From positions 23,481,432-23,545,431 of the forward strand of contig NC_092679.1 of NCBI RefSeq assembly GCF_964355755.1: 64,000 nucleotides of DNA. The letters run 5' to 3'. This DNA comes from Antedon mediterranea. Taxonomy: Eukaryota > Animalia > Echinodermata. The position numbers and the translations under genes are program-made. A model generated the notes under the pieces. The model searched no databases and was not told where the DNA came from. It worked only from the letters and a program-made list of their open reading frames with translations. Position 1 is the stretch's first letter. Each line of letters opens with the position of its first letter. This document shows positions 41,901 to 56,900 of this stretch, piece by piece.

Positions 41901-44900
41901 TTGAATAAAATTAGTGGAGCAACAAATAATTGTGAAATTTATCTTTTATTTATATCTTGATTTGTTTCAAAGCAAATGATATGATTTAATTTTATTCCAC
42001 TGTCCTAATGTTTTTAAATTTATAGAACTGTACTCTTTACAGTACTAGAAAATTACAATTTACTGTAGATTTCACATAAAATAAATGATTAAATCAAAGA
42101 AAATTTTATTTATATTTAATTAAAAAATGATTTAAATAATCAAGTTTACATTATATCAATACTTTTAATTATTAAAAAAATATTGAAATTAAAATTTTTT
42201 TTGTCAGACATGGGTTCATCTTATGATTTTTAAAATAATTTAAATTTAACGTTGCTATTTATTTTATAGGCTTTTTCACCGAATGGCAAGTATGTTGTGT
42301 CTGTTGGTGAGCAGCACGATAAGACAGTGAATGTGTGGGATTGGAGGGGAGTAGGTCTTGTGGCATCTGGCAAAATTTCATCCAAGGTATGTACCGTATT
42401 CATCAACAACAATATTATATAAATATATACAAATTGCAATCTCAAATAGTAGTTGGCTACTCATTTGTGGTTTTTAATGTTGGCTACACAAAGAAAATTA
42501 ACTTTATATTATAAAGTGGTTTAAGTTGTGTAATTTTGCTACTCTACACATTTTGCTGGTTTAATGCCATTTTAGTACAAATAAGACAGTACTGTAGATT
42601 CTATCTACCTGTATACAGAGATTTTAACTCAATACTTCATACAAGTATTAAAATCTTGAACATTGAATTGTTTTTCTGAAGTTAAAGAGGGAAATGGTGG
42701 TTATTCAAGATGTTATTGTGTATAGGGAACAGCTACTATTTCAGAACTAAGTCTCTGTAATTCGCAAAAGGCAGACAGTGAAGTATTAGGCCTACCATAT
42801 TTTTATTAACCACAAATAAGGCAATGATGCTAAAAAATGGGGTGGGTGGAAAGATTCATTACTGTAGGAGGTTGACATAGGGAATGGATGTTTGATTCTT
42901 GGGTTATTGGTATTAATGCTACCCCCTACCCCAAAAATGTCTTTTTATTGTAATTTTGAAGAATAACAAAATTACATGACAATTGGTATTAATGCAGTGC
43001 AATTTTTTTCATGTTAACACACATTTTGTTATTCAATGTCAGTAAACACAAGTAAAACACAATTAAAATGAAAAGTATTGAAAAAATTGGAGATTTGATA
43101 TTGAAATGTATCTCATTATGGCAAATATTTGCAATTTTGCAAAAGGTCAGTGACCTTTTTGACCTCTACTCACCTTAAACATGGTTCAATTAATTTTATT
43201 AAAATTCTATATGGTTAAAAAACACGAATGCTACACAACGACACAAAGATCATACTAATTAGATGTTTGATTCTTGGGTTATTGCTATTAATGTTACACC
43301 CTACCCCAAAAAATGTATTTTTATTACAATTTTTAAGAATAAAAAATGATAATTTGTGTATAATGAACTGCAATTTTAATCTTGTTAACATATATTTTCT
43401 TATTCAATATGTCAGTAAGCACAAGTAAAACACAATTAAGATAAAACATATTGAAAATTATAGATACTATGTTGAAATTTATCTATATTTTGGCAAAAAT
43501 GTGCATTTTTGTAAAAGGTCAATGACCTTTTGACCTCTACTGACCCTACTAATAGTCCGATTAATTTTATTAAAATTTTATAAGATTTTAAAAGATGTAT
43601 GCTACACAATGGTACCAAGATAATACTAATTAGGTGTTGGATTCTTGGGTTATTGGGATAATTGTTACCCCCTACCCCAAAAATGTCTTTTTCTTGTAAT
43701 TTTGAAGAATAACAAAATTACATGACAATTGGTATTAATGCAGTACAATTTTTTTCATGTTAACACATATTTTGTTATTCAATATGTCACTAAACACAAG
43801 TAAAACACAATTAAAATAAAAAATATTGAAAATTGGAGATTTGATATTGAAATGTATCTCATTATGGCAAATATTTGCAATTTTGCAAAAGGTCAGTGAC
43901 CTTTTGACCTCTACTGACCTTAAAATTGGTTCGATTAATTTTATTCAAATTTTATATGATTAAAAAACATGAATGCTACACAACGACACCTAGATCATAC
44001 TAATTAGATGTTTGATTCTTGGGTTATTGCTATTATTGTTATCCCCTACCCCAAAAAATGTATTTTTATTGCAATTTTTAACAATAAAAAATAACAATTT
44101 GTATATAATGAACTGCAATTTTTATCTTGTTAACATATATTTTCTTATTCAATATGTCAGTAAGCACAAGTAAAACACAATTAAGATAAAAAATATTGAA
44201 AATTGTAGATACGATATTGAAATTTATCTATATTTTGGGAAAAATTTGCATTTTGCAAAAGGTCAATGACCTTTTGACCTCTACTGACCTTAATAATCTT
44301 CCGATTAATTTTATTTAAATTTTAAAAGATTTTAAAAGATGTATGCTACACAATGTTACTAAGATAATACTAATTAGATGTTGGATTCTTGGGTTATTAG
44401 GATAAATGTTACCCCCTACCCCAAAAAATATTTGAAGATAAAACACTGATGATCATTACAAATGACGCAAGTACATACAATGCATCCCTATATTTTTCTT
44501 GTTAACATCGATTTTTTCACTCTATATGTCCGTGGGAAGAAAATGATACCGGGGTGCACGGTAACCCCCCTCCAGCCCATGGACTACTTCTTGTATGCTT
44601 CACATTCTTTGTCAATCAGTAATGTTTCAATAGGCAACAGCAGTCAGTTTAAAGAATGCAGCAGCCAGGTTACAACAATATTATTTATTCATTATACTTG
44701 TTACATTTGTGGCAAACATTTTGTATAACATTCTACAGTATATTGCTAGATTAGTTACATTTTGGTGTGACTTTTTTAGAAAATCAGGAATTAGAAAAAG
44801 GAATTTTCTTTTATAAAAATATAATATTATTAATTTTTTATCTTCAAATTTATGTAAATGGTGATAGAATAAAACAAGTGTACATTAACTTCGAATAAAC

Positions 44901-47900
44901 AGATACTGACAATTCAATGTTTTGATCTATTTGACCATTTCCAAGAATCTTGGACTTTATTCAGTGAATCTTCTGGTATTTTTGACATTTTTAAAAGTAC
45001 TGGATAGTTACAACAATAATGGCAGTGCTACCAAAAAATGTATGGTTTCAATTTCTAGCTGTAAGATTATGTAACATTAGCTGCTTGTTGCAGCAATGAT
45101 TGTGTAAAAATTAAAGTTAATTCATATTTTAACAATGGTGCATTCAATGTTTAAAAATTAGTGCTTGCTGTGACACACAAAACAAGTACATTTACATAAT
45201 ACATCACTTTTAGAAAATGATAATGTATACCTTTTCTAGGTTAAAGCTCTATCTTTTGCTGAAAATGGAAGTTACTTTGTAACTGTTGGTAACCGCAATG
45301 TGAAATTTTGGTATCTTTCTTCAAAACGCAAAGTAAGTGATAATTTGAGTATTTTTAAAAAATAAATAAAAGGTTTCCATACACCACACATAGTAGACTT
45401 AGAGGTTTTTACCTCACTGTGCAGGTATTCTGTATAGGGATGGTCAACATGTTATTTAGCATAATATTGTTTTTATTTTATGCTCTTTAGCAGCTTTATT
45501 TGCGATCTATATTTGTTTACACTACCACTCATTACCTCGTAACAATTGTCATCTCAGCCAGCCACATTCATTAGCCGCAGGCACATTCATATCTCAGACA
45601 CCAATACACCTTCTTCTCACTTACCAACAGCTAGTAAAAGGATTGTTGGCAGTTATTTTCTTGTATTACTAAGTTCACTCTAACTTCTGTATAATTACAA
45701 TTAAACTATACCAGGCTGGCTTTTAATTTATTATCCCTTTTTACCTTTTGTGTCTCAGACACGAGAAGCACTTCCTCTGTTAGGCCGGGCAGGTATCCTA
45801 GGAGAGCAGCGGAATAACTTCTTTACAGATGTAGCGTGTGGCTTGGGTGAGAACAGCAACAAAACGTACTGCGTAACTACATCAGGCTTGCTGTGTGAAT
45901 TTAATGAAAGACGTTTGTTGGACAAGTGGGTAGAATTGAGGGTTAGTAAACCAACTTGGAACCAAATCAATTTGCTACAATTCTAATGAACCATAAAGCC
46001 ATCCTGTGTCAATTACCATTCAATAAAAAACAGTTACAGTACGTACAGAAGAACAGCACAGAACTTTTAAAAAAGGCGATACCTTTGGAACCTCAACAAA
46101 GTAATTTCGCCAGTGTAGCATAGCAAAAGGCTATACAAAACAACCTTATTGCTACACATTTTGAAAATTGTATAGCAAAAAAAATACAATACAAAACTAT
46201 ATTTTAAAATGAAATTTTTCCCTGGCCTTATTGGCTGTAGTGCTAAAACATATATTTCCCCTTTTGTTTCATGGGAAATATTCCCCTTAAGTGGTTGTCC
46301 TCTGAATGGGGAGTGCCAGAGTACGGTTTCTATTAAGTATTCACCAGCAAATGGTGTATGTAATAAGTGTACCCAGTGTACCACCTTTGGCAGTCTGTTT
46401 TGATTTTTATTAGAAAATGTAGATGACCTTGACTCATTTGTGTTTTAAACCAATGTTGCGATTTGTCAAAATGGCCATGGTTTTGAGAAATGGTTTTATT
46501 TTAGTATGAGAAACTTGTTTATAAAACGAACTACCAAACCTGGTATCGTAGGAAACTGTTCTTCCTCCTTAAATAAAAACAGATCATTACATCTAATTGT
46601 CAGTTAAAAAAATTAATTGACTTTCCTTCCGTCAGGTATCAAGTGCAAACAGTTTATATGCAACAGAAGAGCATTTGTTTGTTGGCTGCAATGATGGTGT
46701 TGTTCGTTGTTTTGATGCTTCAACCCTTCATTTTGTTGCAACGTTACCCCGGCCACATTGCCTCGGTGTCAACGTGTCTGATGGAATAGATCCAAGGTAA
46801 AGGTTTTCTAAGTATAACCTCATTTTCTAAACATATAACTAATAAAAACAGCTCATGATGTACATGAAACATATGTTCTATACTGATCAGAAAGTTTCCG
46901 ACCTATGACTGAATACATCCTGTATAACAGCTCATATGCCGACATGTCTGTTCCACCATATACCAACTTAAGCTCACACATTTTACACGGGTGTAATGTG
47001 TGACGTGTGTTCAACTTTAGCAAATGAGTCTAGGCCTAACAATAAAAAAGTACAGTAACTAGTTGAGGAATCTATTGCACTATTAGTATTTGATGCAAAA
47101 GTAGTGGCATCCACTGGCAAAATTTTTACCAACTACAAAATAGTAATTTTCACCCTTTTTTAAAGAAAAAAATCTCCTACTCCTTCATTCAGGTCTTAAT
47201 AATTGTGTCCATGCAAACACTTATTTACCTCTAAGGGTCTTGCTCATTTAGATATATTTTTTTTCAAGGACATGATGAAATGCAGCATTCTGAGGACTTT
47301 GATTTGACCATTATGTTATGTAGAATATATTGTTTAGCAAGATAAAGATGACATTTAAGAGAATGTAGAATAGTGTTCAATTGGAGTATGCTAAGAAGTG
47401 TAGGAAATATTAAGTGAATAATTGTGAGAATGTTTGATTGAAAACATATTGAGATGGGAAATGATTAATTTTGTAACATTCTTTTTTAGATAAAAATAAA
47501 ATATTGTTTATTTAATCTAAGTAACCTTTTGTCTTTGCATAAGAAACAATTTTAATAGGTCATATTAGGTTGTAATCATTTAATTTTATGCTTCTGTTCC
47601 TTTACAAGATTCACAAAAACGATTTTATTGGTTGAGAGGTTTTGTGTAGTAGTTAATGATTGCTGTTTCCTCCATTTAGAAATATAACTGAAAGATTGAA
47701 TAACATTAGATCAACATCTTGCAACATAATAGTCAAAGTGAACTCATCAAATAATACAAACTTTTTTTTCACATTTCATATTTTATAAAACAAACACAAA
47801 TATTTATTGTAGGTTTGTAATGCATGATGTGTTTCAATAGGAAATAAAGTATGGCTGAGAATATCTCTAAAACAAATTTCTTATTAATGTATTTGCGTGA

Positions 47901-50900
47901 CAGTGAATGATTAAATATACACAGGAAAATTAAAAGTTGGCTAAAGATTGACAATTTAAATTAGAACTGCCAAGTGTGACACGCCATTAACAAGAAAAGG
48001 GGATATTATTCAAACCACTGTATAAAAGTTACGGTATGAAATTAAATCCTGACATTGTCATACTTGTTGAAAGACAAATAAATGTCTTCTCTTTTAAAAT
48101 CCATGGACATTTGTTTGGTATTGTTATTTCATATGATAAATCATAATTATAATTTGCACTAGATCAGATGAGGTTGATATTAATGTCACAGAGTGTCCAG
48201 ACTGGTGGTAAGTTTGTTAGGAAATATTTTCGAAAAAGCAAAAGCAAAAATGTAGAATCTGATACAAACTGGTGCACATGCCAAGACCATTGTCCTAGTA
48301 GTACTGTTTAAAAGAAATGAAATGAAAGTATGCTAGGTTCAGGGGGTACTGTAGTTTAAGATGAATGGCCAAAAGGTGTGAGTGAAAACATCATACTACC
48401 CTAGTAGTTTAGTGGGCTTCTTAGAGTGCAAAGCCTAATAGGCGATTACAGGTAGAGGATTTGTTAAATGTTGTTTAACTGTCAAAAGTTATGAGTTTGC
48501 GCCCCTAGCCCCTGGATTGGTCAGAAACAGATTAGGATGGTTCCATCGTCGAGGTCTCCACTTCGCACAACAACTGTACATCATTTTGTACAATTTTAAA
48601 CAATTTAACATATTCACCCTCATTAATGTTGTAAATTTGTATGTAATAAGAGTATCTCTACCTGAAGTAATGAAAAAAAGAAGGGGTCGGTGGTGCAAGG
48701 ATAAAGGTGGGTTGTTCTTATGAAAGACAAACGAAAAAACATAATTTTAATGTTTTAAGGATGTGTGATGAGCTTTGTCAATGCACAGGAAATTTGCCAT
48801 TTAGCATAGTAGTTTAGTATAGGAGATATTTGTGCATAATTGCTTAACATGTAAAGTCTGGTGGCAGTGCCTTGCAGTGTGCTTTGTATGATACAAAAAT
48901 CTTGATTTATATAGTATTGCATTGATTGGTAATAGTTTCATGAAATATCATTTTCAGATACAGGAATGTAATGTGTGTAGAAGGTATGAGGCAGCACACA
49001 ACGTATGGACTAAAGTATGCACACAAGATGCTTAAATGTGGCATACTAAACATTAATATTGGAATGACCATATTCTAGTGATGATTAAAAACCCCACCCC
49101 AAGTTACACAAAATTCTCCAAATGTTTACAAACACCTGAATGTGTAATGTACCACCTGGATGTGGAATGGAATGCCTAATCTTGAGGATGGATCTAAATA
49201 ATGCACAGCATGTGATAACTACATAATCAACCAATCAAACGGCAAAGATACACCTGTGTTATCTAGAATCAGCCTCCTAGATTTAATTCATTTTTAATAA
49301 CTTTATAACCAATGCTAGTTTCCTTGTATTTGTTTATCGGCGGGCTCACATGTGTCAAAATATATAGTTTTATTCCTATGGCTGCAAACATCAGTTCCAA
49401 TACGTTTCCAAAATAAAACAATGACTAGGTTAGTGATGTATAATTCAGATAATGGCACAACCTGGCATGAGAAATATATTTAAACATAAATGTGGAAGTA
49501 ATTATTAGTCGTAATATATAGATTATCTTTGTCGCCTTATATTTTCTCCCTGTTGGATTACTAATAGTTATATTTATAGATGTTTGTATCAATATATAAT
49601 TGATTAAAGCATAATATTAATAGTATCAAGAATTTTAGTTTATGGAATATCAAAACATTTTTGGAACTTTCTCTTACTACGGCAGAAGAACACCGTCTAT
49701 TGCCCAACATGTCATCTTAATAGAGGTGTACCCCGTAAAGGCATTGGCTGTAGTGCTTTGTAAACGTTATTGTTTACAATGAAAGTTTGCCTTTTTTAGT
49801 GTGCCTTGAATAGGGGTGTCCCAATGAAGGAGTTCTACTGTATGATTACCTCAGCTTAGTAGACATAATCAATAATGAACACAGTGAAGTAACATCAATG
49901 TTGTGAAGATTATTATTATTATTATTATTGAGTGCAATAAAGTAATGTGTATTTCTTCACTTCGGTCTTGAATGAAATTCCTGTGTGGACTTTCACCTGG
50001 TTGAGTATCTCTCTATAAAATATACCATCTGTTCATTTGGAAAGGCATTCCTATTTGACATCTTAGAATCAGTCTCTAGTGTGAACAAGACCTTACATTC
50101 TTAATTTATTTTCTTTTAGCCACCTGTCCATTCATAGAGATGATGCAAATTACCCAGATGCCATTGCACTCAAGGTTGATGATTATAATAAAAAGGTATT
50201 AAAGTAGTAGTTTAGTAGTATTTATTTGAACAACTGAATGCCGTTTGGTGTAACACAAAGTGGAGAAGAAGTTGTTGTATGTGTCGTATGCAATTCACAG
50301 GTTATTCAAATTGTGTTTTCACTAGTATTGTTCAGGGCGTTTTGTTTCACTACGCCATAAACGATGTCGCTACCCTCCCCCACCCCCACACCCCAACTCT
50401 TAAATTTATTAATGTATTTTTAGTATGCTATATCAAAATAAAATCTTAAATGTTTATTCAAATTACATTTTTTTATGTAATCATCAAAGCTTAATTATAA
50501 ATATGTAATTATATAATTTCTTTTGCAGTTAACTTGTGTTTATCGTGACCACAGCGTGTACATTTGGGATATCCACGATGTTAAAATGGTCGGTAAACAG
50601 TGGTCGTCATTATACCACAGCTCTTGTATATGGGGCGTGGAGTTGTACCCCACCTTAGGCAAACATCAGAAGGATACGTTACCACCGGGTTCGTTTATTA
50701 CGTGTTCTTCCGATGATACGATACGAGTTTGGAACCTTAACCACACTAATAGCAACGATGTATTTAAGAAGAATGTATATAGCAATGTAAGTATACAGTA
50801 TTGTCTTGGTGTGCCTGCGCCAATTTGTTTGTTTCTAGTTTATCTATTTTCTTAGAATACACCAGTGACGTAACAGATATTATTGGCGTAATGGTAAGTT

Positions 50901-53900
50901 ACTAAAATTGTGCCCTCCAAACTACTGTATCAAATTAGCCAATTGAGGGCCTCATCATGGTGGCAGTCAATGGTTAAAGGTGAATGACCCACATACCCAT
51001 GAAAAACTTATGAATATTCATGACTTCTTACATACAAGAACAACTTATGAATATTCATGACTTACCCCCTCCCCCCCCCCCCCCAAGAACAACCTATGAA
51101 TATTTATAACACTGTTTTCATACATTTACTTCTACAGGAATTGATGAAAATAGTTTATGTTGATGAAGAGAAAACCCACCTAACAGATATAAAACCAGAC
51201 ACGGACGAAGGGAAGAATGGGGTACGCTGCCTATGCATAACCTCTGATGGACAGCACCTAGCGTCAGGTGACCGGTCTGGTAATATACGAGTCCATGACC
51301 TCGTTCTTATGCAAGAGGTCAAGTGCATTGAAGCACATGATTCTGAAGTGCTTTGTTTGAGTTATTCAAAAGCAGAGACAGGTAGGAAAAACTAATGTTA
51401 TTTGTTAAGCTCTGTCTACTTTATCAAACTTTAAATGTGATGTGCCCATATATAGACACATCACTACCATATTTGGGCATATCACTACCATATTTACTTT
51501 TTTTGTTAACCACCTGGTACTCCACCGTAGTAGGATAATATTGATTGTCTTTATTTAGCTTCATCAATTCTGATTCTTGCTGCCTATTATACACTTTTAA
51601 ATATAACGCAAACATTTCGTTAAAATCGGTCAAAAAAATATATTTTATTAGATTATATGCTTCGAATGACACATAAAGTGTTTTAATATATTTGCCCCCT
51701 TTTTGTCATAAGTACTGTATAAGTCTAGACTGCTTCCAAGCACAACATGCATGATTTGCAATACGTGATAATATTTCATTAATGTCTTTTTGAAATTAAA
51801 TTATGATTCAATGTTATATAAGATATACAGAATAAATGATGACTACACACAGTGCATTCTGTGTGTCACTGATATTTTACATGTGCATATTTTGTAATAC
51901 CTTTCGGTATTGTATACATCGTGTGGAGCTCTATTTACACTTAACTAGTTTGACAAAAAAAGTGTGATGTGCCCAAATATGGTAGTGATATGACGTCATT
52001 GTGTCCATATATGGGGACTGACATCTCATTTTGTTGTCACATAATGTTTGATGGTGTAGACAGAGCTTAAGAACATTCATTACTCTGAGTAATATTGAAT
52101 CAGTATATTTGGTAGTTAGCACACTTTTACAAAAACCATCATTTAATACCTAAAACAAGCTTGCACATTTTCTTAGAATATAAACAGAAAGATTTCATTT
52201 TACTGGCCTTGGAAAAAATAATAAGATTTTACATTTATGAATTTCCTTAAATGCTCTTTTTCCAGACGGATACAAGATTATATATTTCTATCATGGCGAC
52301 AACTGCAAATATCCTTGATATTATTAATTTATTTCATATTTTATTATTTTAAAATTATTTATTGGCCAAAAGTGTCCTGTATTTGCTCTGATTCCCACAC
52401 ATAATCAAGCTAGTGAAAGGATGTACACATTTGTTTGTATTCATTACTTATAATGAATGACAAACATTGTTTTTTAGATATCTGTTCATGACTCTGCTAC
52501 AACTATAATTTTAACAATTTTTAGCCTCTTAACTTTTGTGTGTGTTTTGTAAATTGTATTTTATATTTATATTTTTGTATTTTGCCAGTTTTCAAATCAC
52601 ATTTCTGTTTTTTTAAATGGACAATAAAGTATATATGACTATGACTATTAAGAGTACTGTGCAGCATAAGACAATGAAATATTAATGCCTCAATTATTAT
52701 TCCATCTCACTGTTGGTGAACTAAACTTTTCACATTTCAAACAGTAATTTTGTTTAAGGGTGGCTAATATACTGTTATTATTTGATGAGTGTCAGTTAAT
52801 TGCTGTGTTTGTCTCTAAGGTATACAGAATATTCAAATCTCACACTAGGTCTCAGCACACACAATCTTGTATACAGCAATGATACATATCCAAATAGCAT
52901 GTGAATGCGTGGGAAATGTTTCATAAATTGAATTTCCTTTTAGCTGTACCCTGGGATTTGTTGACAAGTGCCTTGGGATGGCAACCATTACCACATGGTT
53001 ATCGTTTAGTGATAACTTTAAGGGAAACATCAAAGTTTAGCTTACTAATTGCAATGCCTATGGTAATTTGTCTTTACTATTTTCAAGTTGATAGTGACTC
53101 TTTTTTCTATATCTACTAAGAGTAATGTCTTATAAATTTAAATTCTTTATTTCTTTTTAGATCTCTCAGTAGTAATTTATTAATGTATTCATTTTATTTC
53201 CAAATTATGTACTTACCTGTAATTATTTAGTAGTTTTATTAAATTCCATTAGAAAAGTTTAGTTTATATAAAGCAAAGATTTTATTGAAACTTAATTAAC
53301 AAAATTATGTCATTGTTATATTGTATATTAAACACTCTCAAATTATCTCTTTGAGAAAATTCTTCCAGAAATAAACCAAAACTGGTTTAAAATGATGAAA
53401 TTGCATATTGTACAACCATACTTCCTAGAAAACCAAAAATTTCTTGGATCAACCGAAATATGTCTGGTATTGAGAGATAGAGCTAACTGTATATTTACCT
53501 TTTTTATGAGGGTCATGATGATCAAACATGTTTAAGCTAAATAATTTATACATTCATAATTATTAATATAAATATTTTCTTTCAGGTCATAGTTTATTAG
53601 CATCATCAAGTCGTGATCGTCTTGTTCATGTGTTCAACTTAGAAGATGATTATTCATTGGTCGAAACACTTGATGACCACTCATCCTCAATAACGGCAGT
53701 ATCGTTCGCTGGTATGAAATATTTCATTCCATTTATATTCTTATATTACATTTTTTCATTTTTTACCATTTTATTTTTCTGTTGTCAACGGTTCGCATCC
53801 CATCGCCGCTCTCCATATGTTTCATTGGCAGGAATACATGTAGATATCGCACTGCCTTTCAGGTGAGACGTTAAGCTGTTGGTCCTATGTGCAACATGGC

Positions 53901-56900
53901 TCATATGCATTGGTGTGAAACTAATGTGAAAATAATAACTACTATGTGTGTATGCTGTTTCATGCTTGCCAAAATAGAAGCACTGGTGGTGAACCGTGAT
54001 GGGTGGTGGAAGAGGAAGAATGAACCGAAAGTGAAACATCCTGGGTACTAATTGTACAAGTTATCAATCAAAAAAGGCTCATTATTACTATTTTTATTTT
54101 GTATAGATGTAAATGGGCAATTGAATCTGATAAGTTCAGGAGCAGACAAGGCATTGATGTGTAGAAAAGCAGTTGAGGTAGTGTTATTTATACTATATTG
54201 TAAATTTCTAGAATTATTTACCAAATTATAGATTATATCATTACAGAAAACTTATACAAAGCAAACCTACACTGCATATCCACAACATTTTCCAATAACA
54301 ATTTAGAAAAAAGCAAAATACATTACTATAAAAGCAATTTGCACTCAATATGCTTCATATAAAAAGTTTTTTACAATTACTGTTAATAATATTAGTGAAA
54401 TAAAAATGCTTAACATTGTGTCTTTTGCTTTGTACAATAATAAGTTCAACGAAATAAAACATTATCATGTGATGCAATACCAACAGCATGTTAGCAACTT
54501 ACTCAGACCAGACCTGACTTCCGGTTCAATAATTCTGTTTGACATTAGTTTTAAACCATCTTTGTTTTTACCTTTATATTTTAGGAACCTAGTTTACACT
54601 TTTCTCGTAGTCATCATATCGTTTGTAAAGCCACGTTTCATGACCTAGCCATAGATCCCACCAATAAGTATGTTGTCACAGCATGTCAAGACAGGACTGT
54701 AAGGTGAGTTGACCCCTTGAAGTGGCTCATAGCGTGAATGTGAATTTTTTTAGTTGTTGCTGAGGAACAAACTCTGATACCAAAAAATTACCCTTTTATA
54801 CCAGGAAGGACACAGCTTGCATACACTGCCTGATGAAAATCTTCACCAATCCGCAGCACCTTATTCAATCTGATTGTGAAACTTTTTCTAGCATACAGTA
54901 GTATTATAATATTTCTTCCATTTTTTAACCCAGGATACACCATCTAGCAACCGGAAAAATAAGAAATTCGTACAAAGGGGCCTTAGCCGAAGATGGCACA
55001 TTAATCCGCGTTGAAATTGATCCTTCTGGATTGTATGCTGTCACCAGTTGCTCGGACAAATCAATTGCAATTTTTGACTTCAATAGTGGTGAATGTTTGG
55101 CGACTATGGTTGGCCATGCAGGTTAGTTTAAATTTTTGAGTTTTAATTTATTTTTTTTCAACTTGAAAGAAATGTCAATCACATTTTACAATTAAATTAT
55201 TTATTTGGAAAAAAATTCATTAAATTATTTACTACTTTTAGTGCAAATTTATTTTAAGAAATTCAAATAATATTTTTTCAGTAAATAATAATTTATGCAT
55301 GCGATAACTATCTCTCGTACATCTGTTACAGAGCAATAAAAGATCGTTTACATATTGTGTTCACGTTGTTTAACCCATAGCATTGTGCTGTGTTTCTTCT
55401 ACCTTGATTTTGTCCCATTGATCTTACCTATTGTTTTTGTTTTGTTTACTCAGTGTTATTTATACTGTTGGGTTTACCATAAGCAGGACAAACATATACT
55501 ATTGTTAATTTGTGGTTAATTAGTTTCTATTAATTAATTAGTGTCAGATATTAATTAATTAATCTTAAGTTCAAGGATGAAACATATAATAATACCAGTC
55601 ATGTTTCCTGACTTTTATCATAAAATAACAAATATATTATATGTTAACGTACAGTTTCGACATTTGCCTGAATTTTTATTTCTTTTTAATGTCATATTAA
55701 ATATTTTAATTTTAAGAAGAATATTTTTTTGGGGAAAAGTGCCTAATAAAGATACTTTACTATTATAAATTTCTACTTCAGATGGGATGTTGAGCCAGTT
55801 TTTACTTATTATTTTCTAAAATAATTGTCATGTTTATTTTTATTGATAAATTTGTTCATTTATTCAACAACAGAGATTGTGTTTATAAAGTTTAAACTTT
55901 TTAATTTAGAATTGGTAACAGGAATAAAGTTTTCCAATGATTATAAACATCTGTATTCGGTGTCAGGAGATGGGTTAGTGTAGTTTTTATTTTTTTAATA
56001 ATCATTTATGAGCACAATGTTTAACATTTTTATAATATTATGCATTTGTTTGAGATCCAAATTTGCTATTTGTATAGCTCCTTGATCTTTCTACTCATAG
56101 GTGTATATTTGTGTGGAAACTGCCATGGGGAATGACCTACTCAATGAAATCCAGATTTGCCGAGATTGAAGCATTGAAAAATCCAATACCAAAGATGATA
56201 GTAGAAAGGTAAATGATCCCATGAGCATCTTTTAAAACTTTTTTTTTTTAATTAGTAGTTAAATTATTATCAATCATTCTAGTCTCTAACCTACCTAATA
56301 TGAACACTTTTCTTGGTCAAAAGAATGCCATAAAAACCATTACTATAGGTCTGATGATAAGATCATAAGACTGCCGAAGAAATGAGGTGTTAAATAATTT
56401 AAAAAGGTTATTCATTTACTTTTAAGGAGGGAAACATATATTGTACCACCAGCAAGTCTTCCGAATCAAGTACAAAACACTACCAAAAGAAATCACCGTA
56501 GTTCCATTATTGTGGATGATACGTTATTTCAACCAGCAACCGAGTCGTTGCTGTCATCGGAAATTAAATTACAACATAACAGAACAACAGAACTAAAAGG
56601 TTAGTGAGTTCTCATATTTTGCATGCATCACCTTCTTGTTGTGATACTCCCTTTGCAGCTCAAATAGTGCGATACTGGGTACAGGTGAATTCTGATCAGT
56701 ACAGCAGACTCTACTTCTGTAACCAGATTTCAACCATAACACCAGAGTAGGTACCCCACTATTCATCATGTCATCATTTAATGTTCCACACAATGTATAT
56801 GATATGTGTATACTGGATATCTGTTTTCAAGTATTGAGAATACTTTTTGAAAGACCTTACAATATAAGGCGTTAATTCTAAATGGGAATGGCATTGCGTT

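Noticed and set aside
41700-41910. Very degenerate LINE ORF2 C-terminus
   Set aside because: It shows only a faint resemblance with multiple stops, which is not supportable by eye.
46067-46570. ORFs at 46067-46403 or a possible TTAA-flanked element
   Set aside because: The ORFs have no recognisable domain and lie in an intron. The terminal repeats are too weak to call.
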